Part shown: one piece after another, positions 43,645-50,409 of the stretch
Numbering within the stretch: position 1 is the first letter of the stretch
How the letters are laid out: each line of letters begins with the position of its first letter
Assembly: GCA_902761575.1 (NCBI GenBank)
Contig: CACWKU010000001.1
Span: forward strand, 22,435 to 86,434
Source of the DNA: an uncultured bacterium
Lineage (GTDB): Bacteria > Verrucomicrobiota > Kiritimatiellia > RFP12 > UBA3636
Length of the DNA: 64,000 nucleotides
Reading direction: 5' to 3'
Made by a program: the position numbers and the translations under genes
Notes under the pieces: generated by a model
Databases searched by the model: none
What the model saw: the letters and a program-made list of their open reading frames with translations, nothing else
Told to the model about the DNA's origin: nothing

Positions 43645-46467
43645 CTATGGCGCCGGATGGATGCGGTAGAGGTGGCGGTAGTGCCCGGGATAGAAGTCGG
43701 CGAAGGAGCCGTCCGCGAGCGGGAGGGTGCGGTTCTCGTAGAGGACCTCGACGGTGCCGGCGCGCGGGGCGTCGGGCGGGAGCGTGAAGGTCACGGCCTC
43801 GAGCGGGTCGGCGTCGATGTTGCACGAGAAGATATACCAGTCGTCGCCGCACTTCGAGGTGCGGTGGCGGAGGAGGTCCGGCCCGACAGAGGCGCGCGCG
43901 GGCTCGCAGACCTCCTCGCTCAGGATCTTGTCCTTGAGCTCCTGTGCCTCGCGGTTGAAGTCGACCATCGCGCGCCAGTTCGCCTCGGAGCCGACCATGT
44001 TCACGAACCACGTGACGCCGGAGCAGCCGGCGCAGATCGCGCCCCAGCACTGCGCGGTCTGCTCGGCGTAGGAGGGCTGCTTGTAGTGGATCGAGTTCAT
44101 CCCCGCGAGGAAGAACCAGCACGGGACGCCCTCGCGCGCCTTGAGCATCTCGTCGACGTTGCGCAGGATCTGGTCGACGGTGCCGAACTCGGCGGCGGTG
44201 AGATAGGCGTCGAGCATGAAGACGTCGGTCCGCAGGTCGGCGAACCGGCTCGGGAAGCCGAACGTCGTGTTGTTCATCTGCACCGGCGTGTAGGGATAGT
44301 GCCTCTTCTCCTCGATCATGAAGTCGCGCACCTCGTCGCTCGGGCGGGAGAGCTCGGGCTCGTCGGTCGCGACGCGGCTCACGATGTTGTCGAAGTCCTT
44401 CAGCCGCTCGCGCGTCTCGGCGCGCGTCTCGGTGGCGCCGTCGCGGTCGCCCGTCCAGAGGATGAAGTCCATCCCGATCTTCCGCCCGTACTCGAGCATC
44501 GCGATCGTCCGGTCGGTGCCCGCCTTGTCGGAGAAGGTGCAGACGTGCGCGTAGCGGAAGCCGCGCGCCTTCATCGCGTCGAGCATCGCGAAGCGGCCGT
44601 CCTCGCGGGGCGGGTTCTCGCGGACGACGAGGCAGTTGGCCGCCATCAGGACCTTCTCCCCTCCCCTCTCGAGGCAGCGCGCGAAGCGGTTGATCTGCGT
44701 GGCGCCCCTCCAGTACGGGAGCTTCACGACCTCGACGGGCCAGTCGCGGCCGTGCGCGCGGACCGTGACGGCGTTCGTGCCGCAGGGCATGCCGCGGATG
44801 TCGAGCGCGACCTCCTCGAGGCGGCCCTCCTCGTCCCAGATGCGCCAGCGCGCCTCGGGCTCGCGCATGTAGAAGTCGAGGCGGCCGAGGACGACCGGCT
44901 CCGGCGCGGCCTTCTTCGCGGCGGCGGCGCGCGCCCACTTCGCGTGGACCTCGGGCGGCAGGTCGAGCGAGGCCCAGAAGGCGTCGTCGCGGAAGTCGCC
45001 GTTCTTGGAGTAGGAGGTCCCGGGGCACTGCGGGTTCTCCCCGTGGCGGTCGTTGCGGCCGAGGTTGAAGAGCCAGTGCGCGTCCATGCCGCGCTCCGCG
45101 AGGTCCGCGAAGGGGACGGTGACGAGGTACTCGACCGCGCCGCCCGCGTCGCGCGCCTGCACGGTCCAGGAGCCGTCCCAGGTCTTGTCCTCGCCGTAGG
45201 CGTCGGCGCGGCAGCCGTTCGGCGCGCAGAAGAGGTGGTAGTTCTTCTTCTCCTCCGTCGGGCGCAGCAGCACCTCCACGGAGTCGCGGATGCAGATCTC
45301 GGTCGCGTCCTTGAAGTAGGGCGCGTGGCCGATCTCCGCGGGATCCTCGCCGAAGTTGCGGAAGCCGATGTAGAGGCGGTCGTCGTCGCACGCGAGGAAG
45401 GCCTGCGTGCGCTGGACCGGCTCCTCGCGCTTCACGTAGAACCGGCCGGCGTCGGCCGCGTGAGCCTCCCACGAGGAAAGATCGACGGTGGGCCGCACGC
45501 CCGCGGGGAGCTTTTTCACCCGAACGGTCGGCGGGCGCTCCGCCTTCTCCTGCCGCCCGAAGCGCGTGGCGTCGAGGTCGCTCGGACGCCACTGCGTCGC
45601 CGCGTCGCCGAACTCGAGCTGGAGGTCGTCGAGCCAGATGCAGCCGTCGTAGCGCGACGGATTTCGCACCTCGAACTGGACGGGGCTGAAGAGGCCTGGC
45701 GCCGGCATGTTCGTCGTCGCGAGCTCGTAGCGGGCCCACTCGGTCGAGAGCGCGAACGTGCGCCGCTCGGGGCCGAGCGACACGGTGATCTCCATCCCGG
45801 GCCTCTCCGCCTTCATCCAGCCCGAGAACACCCCGTGGGCACCCTTGCGCGTCGCCGTGCGCCACGGGTAGAACGACACGTTCGCGCAGTACGGCCGCAC
45901 CGCGAGGCGGAACGACTGCCTGCCCGAGTGCTTCTCCGCGGTGTCCACCGCGAAGCCCTTCGTCCACTCCTCGTACTCCGCGCCGCCGTAGTGGCGCCAG
46001 TCGAACGCGCCGCGGTTGCAGAAATAGGGCGGGACGCCGTCCTCGTCGAACTCGAAGCCGGAGTTCACGATGAGGTTCGGCGAGGCGTCGGCGTCCTCCG
46101 GGAGCGAGACCACGACGTCGTCGATCAGGCGCGGGGCCGCGCCCCGCGCCTCGAAGACGACGGCCGGGCTCTTCGCCCGCTCGCGCTCCTCGCGGCGAGG
46201 CGCGCGCTCCTCGCCCTCGACCCACTCCAGGACGTATTTCTCGGGCACGGCGCCGCGCCACGTCGCCTTCGCGCCGGGCGAGACGACGAGCCGGCCGCCC
46301 TCGCTGCGGATCTCGCCGTCCGCGCGCCAGTGCTCGGCGAGCGTCTGGCTCGTGGCGAAGTCGTCGGAGAAGACGGAGATCCCGGCCGCCGGAGCGGACG
46401 GCGCGGCCGCGGCCGCGAGCAGGACGAGGGCCGCCGGGAGGCGGGCGTTCCGGAAAGTCGCTTTCAT
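43645..46467 (-). CDS. Large secreted putative glycoside hydrolase (940 aa), paralog of 36598..39927 lacking the first N-terminal sandwich
   Basis: Track ORF. Signal peptide MKATFRNARLPAALVLLAAAAAPSAPAAG. Shares VNSGFEFDEDGVPPYFCNR, HSGRQSFRL, IWLDDLQLE, GMPCGTNAVTVRA, VATDEPE, PYTPVQMNN and EVLYENRTL with its paralog. Confidence 0.85.
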   Translation of the reverse strand: MKATFRNARLPAALVLLAAAAAPSAPAAGISVFSDDFATSQTLAEHWRADGEIRSEGGRLVVSPGAKATWRGAVPEKYVLEWVEGEERAPRREERERAKSPAVVFEARGAAPRLIDDVVVSLPEDADASPNLIVNSGFEFDEDGVPPYFCNRGAFDWRHYGGAEYEEWTKGFAVDTAEKHSGRQSFRLAVRPYCANVSFYPWRTATRKGAHGVFSGWMKAERPGMEITVSLGPERRTFALSTEWARYELATTNMPAPGLFSPVQFEVRNPSRYDGCIWLDDLQLEFGDAATQWRPSDLDATRFGRQEKAERPPTVRVKKLPAGVRPTVDLSSWEAHAADAGRFYVKREEPVQRTQAFLACDDDRLYIGFRNFGEDPAEIGHAPYFKDATEICIRDSVEVLLRPTEEKKNYHLFCAPNGCRADAYGEDKTWDGSWTVQARDAGGAVEYLVTVPFADLAERGMDAHWLFNLGRNDRHGENPQCPGTSYSKNGDFRDDAFWASLDLPPEVHAKWARAAAAKKAAPEPVVLGRLDFYMREPEARWRIWDEEGRLEEVALDIRGMPCGTNAVTVRAHGRDWPVEVVKLPYWRGATQINRFARCLERGGEKVLMAANCLVVRENPPREDGRFAMLDAMKARGFRYAHVCTFSDKAGTDRTIAMLEYGRKIGMDFILWTGDRDGATETRAETRERLKDFDNIVSRVATDEPELSRPSDEVRDFMIEEKRHYPYTPVQMNNTTFGFPSRFADLRTDVFMLDAYLTAAEFGTVDQILRNVDEMLKAREGVPCWFFLAGMNSIHYKQPSYAEQTAQCWGAICAGCSGVTWFVNMVGSEANWRAMVDFNREAQELKDKILSEEVCEPARASVGPDLLRHRTSKCGDDWYIFSCNIDADPLEAVTFTLPPDAPRAGTVEVLYENRTLPLADGSFADFYPGHYRHLYRIHPAP

Positions 46468-46497
46468 CGGGTGCGTTCCATCGGTTGTCTGCGGAAC

Positions 46498-46554
46498 ATC
46501 CTACCACACCGTCCCGAGGGGCGGCTAGGTACGCCGGGGCCTGAAAGCGGTAAA
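46498..46554 (-). promoter_or_regulatory. Tripartite upstream cassette copy 9 (putative promoter of 43645..46467)
   Basis: TTTACC (46554-46549), N18, ACCTAG (46530-46525), N21, TAGGAT (46503-46498). Confidence 0.55.
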
Positions 46555-46566
46555 ACCCCGCCGGCG

Positions 46567-47484
46567 TCAGACGACGAACGCCTTCTCCCAGCGGCGCGCG
46601 GTGTGGTCGCGGAAGAAGACGCCGTAGGACGCGCCGCCGTACCACTCGACGACCGCCGAGCGGATCGCGTTGCCGCGGCGGTTCTCGAGCGAGGCGACGT
46701 CGAACTGCGTGACCGCGGAGCCGTCGATCCCGGAGATCTGGCGCAGGCAGTCCTTGCCGCCCCACTGGAAGTCTCCGACGTGGCAGTGGCCGTAGAAGTG
46801 CGCGACGACGTTCTCCGGCAGCGGCAGCAGCGTCCCCATCAGGTCCGAGGCGCGGTTGCCGCCCGGGAAGGCGTAGTGGCTCATCGTGAAGACGGGCTTG
46901 CCGAGCGCGGCGATCGCCGCTCGCGCCCGCTCCGCGGCTCCGGGGTCGGGGTAGTCGATCCGGTTCTCGCCGTCGGTCGCGCCGCCGTGGACGCAGAACC
47001 ACGAGCCGTCCGGCGCGGCGTGGTCGGAGAAGATCGCGAGCGCCAGGTCGCCGAAGTCCGCGACGAGCAGCCAGTCGCGGACGGAGGGCGTCGTGTGCCA
47101 CTGCGTCTCCCGCAGGACGCGCTCCCGCATCGGGATCGTGACGCGCCCGCTTCCGCGGCCGCCGCCCCACCGGTGGTAGTCGAACTCGTGGTTGCCCATC
47201 GCGTACCAGACCGGCGCGTCGACCCGCGCGAGGGCCTCGACCTGCATGTCGGCCATCTCGCGCAGGTGCGCCGGATCGGTCCCCTCGGTCGTGTCGCCGA
47301 GGTAGCACACGGCGTCCACGGGAAGGCGCAGCGAGAGGAAGTCCTCCACGCCCGCGTGCATGCAGCGGCGGGCGTTCGCCGGATCGCGCTGCTGCAGGTC
47401 GGAGATGACCCAGAGGCGCCGGCGCGCGGGACGGAGCAGGCCCGCGCGGAAGTCCGCGGGCGGCGTGGCGGGGTGCGCGCTCAT
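46567..47484 (-). CDS. Calcineurin-like metallophosphoesterase (305 aa)
   Basis: C-terminal part of track ORF 46567..47955, trimmed to the ATG at 47484, which overlaps the upstream stop as ATGA. Motifs: ISDLQ, YLGDTTEG, MGNHEF, GHCHVGD. Confidence 0.8.
   Translation of the reverse strand: MSAHPATPPADFRAGLLRPARRRLWVISDLQQRDPANARRCMHAGVEDFLSLRLPVDAVCYLGDTTEGTDPAHLREMADMQVEALARVDAPVWYAMGNHEFDYHRWGGGRGSGRVTIPMRERVLRETQWHTTPSVRDWLLVADFGDLALAIFSDHAAPDGSWFCVHGGATDGENRIDYPDPGAAERARAAIAALGKPVFTMSHYAFPGGNRASDLMGTLLPLPENVVAHFYGHCHVGDFQWGGKDCLRQISGIDGSAVTQFDVASLENRRGNAIRSAVVEWYGGASYGVFFRDHTARRWEKAFVV
47465..47476. repeat. Half-copy of the palindrome (GTGGCGGGGTGC) at the 5' end of the metallophosphoesterase CDS
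   Basis: The sense strand reads ATG AGC GCG CAC CCC GCC ACG (MSAHPAT), echoing the GAHPAT peptide of the full intragenic copy. Confidence 0.6.
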
Positions 47485-48212
47485 TTCGACTTCCTCCGGT
47501 AGAGCGCGGCCGGACGGTGCCCCGCGCCGCCGCGCACGCCGCCCGCCGGCTCGACGAACGGTCGGATCTTGCGGCGGAAGTTCGCGGGGTCGTCGGCCGA
47601 GAGCCCGAACGCCAGGAAGACCTCGCGCAGCTCGGCGAGCGTGAAGGTCCGTGGCACGAACGCGAAGGCCAGGTCGCGCGCGGCGTCCGGCCCGCGCAGC
47701 CGCGCGAGCGCGCCGGCGAGGATCTCGTCGTGGTCGAAGGCGAGCCGGCGCCCCGGCTCCGCGAGCTCGCGCCATTCGGCGGCCGCGGCGTCGTCGCCGC
47801 CGCGCACGCCCTCGGCGCCCGCCGTGACGATGCACAGATACGGGCAGGAGAGGATCCACCCGCGCGGGTCGCGCCCGGGCTTGCTCCGCGGCGCGAGCGG
47901 AACGAGCGCGCTCGCCTCGAGGCCCGTCTCCTCGCGCAGCTCGCGCCGCGCGCACTCCTCCAGCGACTCGCCGGGCTGGAGGAACCCGCCCGGCAGCGCC
48001 CAGCGCCCCTTGAAGGGATGCCCGCCGCGCCTCACGAGCAGGATCGCGGCGCGGCGGCGCTCCGGCGCGCGCCAGTTGCCCGTCGGCTCGCAGCGCAGCG
48101 TGAGCGCGACGATGTCCGCCGCGACCGACGGCCGCGGGTACTTCTCGAGACTGTAGTGGGCGAGGAAGCTCGCCTCGTCGTCCAACGCGGATGGCTTGTC
48201 GTTCTTCTTCAT
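47481..48212 (-). CDS. Nudix hydrolase fused to a C-terminal winged-helix-like domain (NrtR-like ADP-ribose-responsive regulator/ADPR pyrophosphatase candidate, 243 aa)
   Basis: Track ORF. A perfect Nudix box is present (GGFLQPGESLEECARRELREETGL), followed by a ~90-aa C-terminal extension. Lies directly downstream of the pncA-like gene. The NrtR assignment is inferred from architecture and context. Confidence 0.8.
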   Translation of the reverse strand: MKKNDKPSALDDEASFLAHYSLEKYPRPSVAADIVALTLRCEPTGNWRAPERRRAAILLVRRGGHPFKGRWALPGGFLQPGESLEECARRELREETGLEASALVPLAPRSKPGRDPRGWILSCPYLCIVTAGAEGVRGGDDAAAAEWRELAEPGRRLAFDHDEILAGALARLRGPDAARDLAFAFVPRTFTLAELREVFLAFGLSADDPANFRRKIRPFVEPAGGVRGGAGHRPAALYRRKSK

Positions 48213-48228
48213 CGGCGCAGGGCCTCCG

Positions 48229-48756
48229 CTAGACGATGTCGCACTGGATCGAGCCGAGGACCGCCAGCGCGTGGACCTTCAGCTCCGGCGTCACGTCCGC
48301 CGTGGCGTCCGCGTGGACGACGATCGTCGCGTCCGGGAACCGCGCGCGCAGGATCGCCGCGTTGGAGAGGACGCAGATCGACGTGCATACGCCGCAGAGG
48401 TGCAGCTCCGCCGGCTCGTCGCCGATCCGCGCCGCGAGCGCGTCCGCGAGCGCGAAGCTGCCGAACGTGGGCTTGTCCACGACGATCGCGCCCGGCGCCT
48501 CCGCGAAGGACCGCAGCGCCGGCGCGATCTGCCAGCCGTCCGTCCCCTCGAGGCAGTGCGGGACCGGGAGCTTGCGCCCCTCGAGCGTGGAGGTGTAGTT
48601 TTCGTGGTGCGTGTCGCGCGTGAACGCGACGGCGTCCCACCCGCCCTGCGCGAGCAGCGCGCGGACGGGCTCCGCCGACGCCGCGCATTCGGCGTTCCCG
48701 AGGCTTCCCGTGAGGAAGTCGTTCTGCATGTCGATGACGACGAGGATCTTTTTCAT
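48229..48756 (-). CDS. pncA: Nicotinamidase/isochorismatase-family cysteine hydrolase (175 aa)
   Basis: Track ORF 48229..48822 trimmed to the ATG at 48756 (MKKILVVIDMQNDF..). D/K/C triad context: VIDMQNDF, VDKPTFGSF, LHLCGVCTSICVL. The metal-site style TRDTHHENY..PHC..GTDG resembles Gram-positive-type PncA as I recall it. Confidence 0.7.
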   Translation of the reverse strand: MKKILVVIDMQNDFLTGSLGNAECAASAEPVRALLAQGGWDAVAFTRDTHHENYTSTLEGRKLPVPHCLEGTDGWQIAPALRSFAEAPGAIVVDKPTFGSFALADALAARIGDEPAELHLCGVCTSICVLSNAAILRARFPDATIVVHADATADVTPELKVHALAVLGSIQCDIV

Positions 48757-48810
48757 GGGTTGAAGGGGCTGTCCTTTCGTGGTTCGGGGTGGTTTGTGTT
48801 CAACGCGTAC

Positions 48811-48835
48811 TGATACTATCAAAAATGAATTATCA
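48811..48835. promoter_or_regulatory. Inverted repeat TGATA-N15-TATCA spanning the spacer and -10 of the pncA-operon promoter (candidate operator, for example for the Nudix-wHTH protein)
   Basis: Plus strand: TGATActatcaaaaatgaatTATCA. Its position overlaps the predicted RNA polymerase contact region. Confidence 0.35.
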
Positions 48836-48841
48836 GGTCAA
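48813..48841 (-). promoter_or_regulatory. Sigma70-like promoter of the pncA / Nudix-regulator / metallophosphoesterase operon
   Basis: Sense strand: TTGACC (48841-48836), 17 nt, TAGTAT (48818-48813). Confidence 0.55.
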
Positions 48842-48943
48842 GCAAGAAATTGTACCATCCGCTCCGTGCCCTCCCCGTGCCCCTCGCTCGCCCCGCGCCG
48901 GGTCGGCGGTGGTCGTAGCTCGCATCGCTCGGTCCCGAAAACC

Positions 48944-49027
48944 AACAAACTCCCGAGTGTTTATTCAACAAACTCCCGAACGATTCTTCAACAAACTCCC
49001 GGACGAAATTTCAACAAACTCCCGAAC
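48944..49027 (+). repeat. Four direct repeats of CAACAAACTCCCGR (iteron/operator-like), period 22-23 bp, ending 3 nt before the -35 of the ATPase promoter
   Basis: Repeat starts at 48944, 48966, 48989 and 49012. The 14-nt core is identical except for R. The spacers are AT-rich and not conserved. Confidence 0.8.
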
Positions 49028-49030
49028 AAC

Positions 49031-49059
49031 TTGACATTTCCTTAGATTTCTCATAGAAT
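49031..49059 (+). promoter_or_regulatory. Near-consensus sigma70 promoter of the DUF4143 ATPase gene; the -10 ends 8 nt before the ATG (leaderless-type)
   Basis: TTGACA (49031-49036), 17 nt, TAGAAT (49054-49059), ATG at 49068. Confidence 0.6.
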
Positions 49060-49067
49060 TCGCCACC

Positions 49068-50348
49068 ATGAAACGGTACGCGAAGAGAGTGGCGGATAGT
49101 TTGCTCGCCCGAAAGCTCCAAGGGCTAGGCGCCGTTCTCGTCCAAGGGGCCAAATGGTGCGGCAAGACAACGACCTGCGAACAGGTCGCCAAGAGCGTTC
49201 TGTACATGGGCGACCCGAAGAAGCGCAAGGAGAATCTGGAGATGGCGTCGATCGACGTCACATCGCTTCTGGAGGGTGCGAAGCCAAGGCTCATCGACGA
49301 ATGGCAGGTCGCACCCGTGTTTTGGGACGCGATCCGCCACGCGGTGGACCACGCCGACGGTCCGGGGCAGTTCATCCTGACCGGCAGCGTGGTTCCCCCG
49401 AAGACCGAGGAGAAGACCCATAGCGGGACGGGGCGGATCGCCCGTCTCACCATGCGCCCGATGACGCTCTGGGAAAGCGGTGAGTCGAGCGGAACGATCT
49501 CCCTCGCCGAACTGTTTTCGGGAACGGCCCCGGATAGCGCCCGCGCCATGGGGCGCGAACTGGAGGAGATCGCGTTCCTCGCCTGCCGGGGCGGATGGCC
49601 CCAGGCGGTCCTTCGGAAGGGCGACGTCGCCCTCGACCTCGCCTTCGACTACGTGGACTCGGTCGCGGACGAGGACATCTCGCGCGTGGACGATGTGAGG
49701 CGCGACCCCGCGCGCGCCCGACGCCTTCTGCGCTCCTACGCGCGGCTCCAGGGCTCTCAGGCGAACCTCAAGGCCATCAAGCTTGACATGGCGGGCGGCG
49801 GGATCGACGCCCCGGACGAGGACACCGTCGCCTCCTACCGCGGCGCCCTCGAAAAGCTCTTCGTCGTGGAAGACGTGCCGGCCTGGTGTCCGAACCTTCG
49901 GTGCCGGACCCCTATCCGCACGAGCGGCACGCGCTGCTTCGTCGACCCGTCCATCGCTGCGGCGTCCCTCGGTCTCGGCCCGGGCGGCCTGATGTCCGAC
50001 CTGACGACGTTCGGCTTTTTCTTCGAAACGCTGGCCGTCCGCGACCTTCGCGTCTACGCAGAAGCCCTGTCCGGGAGCGTCGCCCACTACCGTGACGCCT
50101 CCGGGCTCGAATGCGACGCCGTCATCCATCTCCGCAATGGCGCCTACGGTCTCGTCGAGGTCAAGCTCGGCGGCGACCGACTCGTTGCCGAAGGCGTGGA
50201 AACCCTCCTGGCCTTCTCAGGCAAGATCGACACCGACGCAATGAAGGCGCCGGCGTTCCGTATGGTCCTTACGGCCGTCGGCGACTATGCCTACCGTCGT
50301 CCGGCCGATGGCGTCTACGTCTGTCCCCTCTCCGCTCTCTGTCCCTGA
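49068..50348 (+). CDS. AAA+ ATPase of the AAA_14/DUF4143 type (426 aa)
   Basis: Track ORF. Walker A GAKWCGKTT. The C-terminal ..HYRDASGLECDAVIHLRNGAYGLVEVKLGG.. is typical of DUF4143 proteins. Preceded by a low-GC region with a near-consensus promoter and four direct repeats. Confidence 0.85.
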   Translation: MKRYAKRVADSLLARKLQGLGAVLVQGAKWCGKTTTCEQVAKSVLYMGDPKKRKENLEMASIDVTSLLEGAKPRLIDEWQVAPVFWDAIRHAVDHADGPGQFILTGSVVPPKTEEKTHSGTGRIARLTMRPMTLWESGESSGTISLAELFSGTAPDSARAMGRELEEIAFLACRGGWPQAVLRKGDVALDLAFDYVDSVADEDISRVDDVRRDPARARRLLRSYARLQGSQANLKAIKLDMAGGGIDAPDEDTVASYRGALEKLFVVEDVPAWCPNLRCRTPIRTSGTRCFVDPSIAAASLGLGPGGLMSDLTTFGFFFETLAVRDLRVYAEALSGSVAHYRDASGLECDAVIHLRNGAYGLVEVKLGGDRLVAEGVETLLAFSGKIDTDAMKAPAFRMVLTAVGDYAYRRPADGVYVCPLSALCP

Positions 50349-50362
50349 TCCTAGCTCCGCGC

Positions 50363-50389
50363 CCGCCCCGTCGCTTCGCGCCGGGGCGG
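50363..50389. terminator. Hairpin between the convergent ATPase and SBP-permease genes
   Basis: CCGCCCCG-N11-CGGGGCGG (8-bp GC stem). No clear U tract. Confidence 0.3.
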
Positions 50390-50409
50390 AGACGGTCGGA
50401 CGCGGCGCG

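Noticed and set aside
48901-48945. tRNA-like string ggtggtcgtagctcgcatcgctcggtcccg (possible tRNA gene or att-site remnant)
   Set aside because: Only an acceptor/D-arm-like start (..GTAGCTC..) is present. No cloverleaf, anticodon arm or T-arm can be drawn.
48944-49027. Possibility that the four CAACAAACTCCCGR repeats form a small CRISPR array
   Set aside because: The repeat core is only ~14 nt, the spacers are ~9 nt, there are only four units, no cas genes are present, and the array abuts a promoter. Operator or iteron is the better reading.
46567-50348. Reading Nudix + isochorismatase + metallophosphoesterase + AAA+ ATPase as a novel anti-phage defence island
   Set aside because: The first three genes form a coherent NAD-salvage and ADP-ribose unit with its own promoter. 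The ATPase is divergently transcribed with separate control. No nuclease, TIR, SIR2 or other effector hallmark was seen. I keep it only as a remote possibility under the low-GC patch finding.
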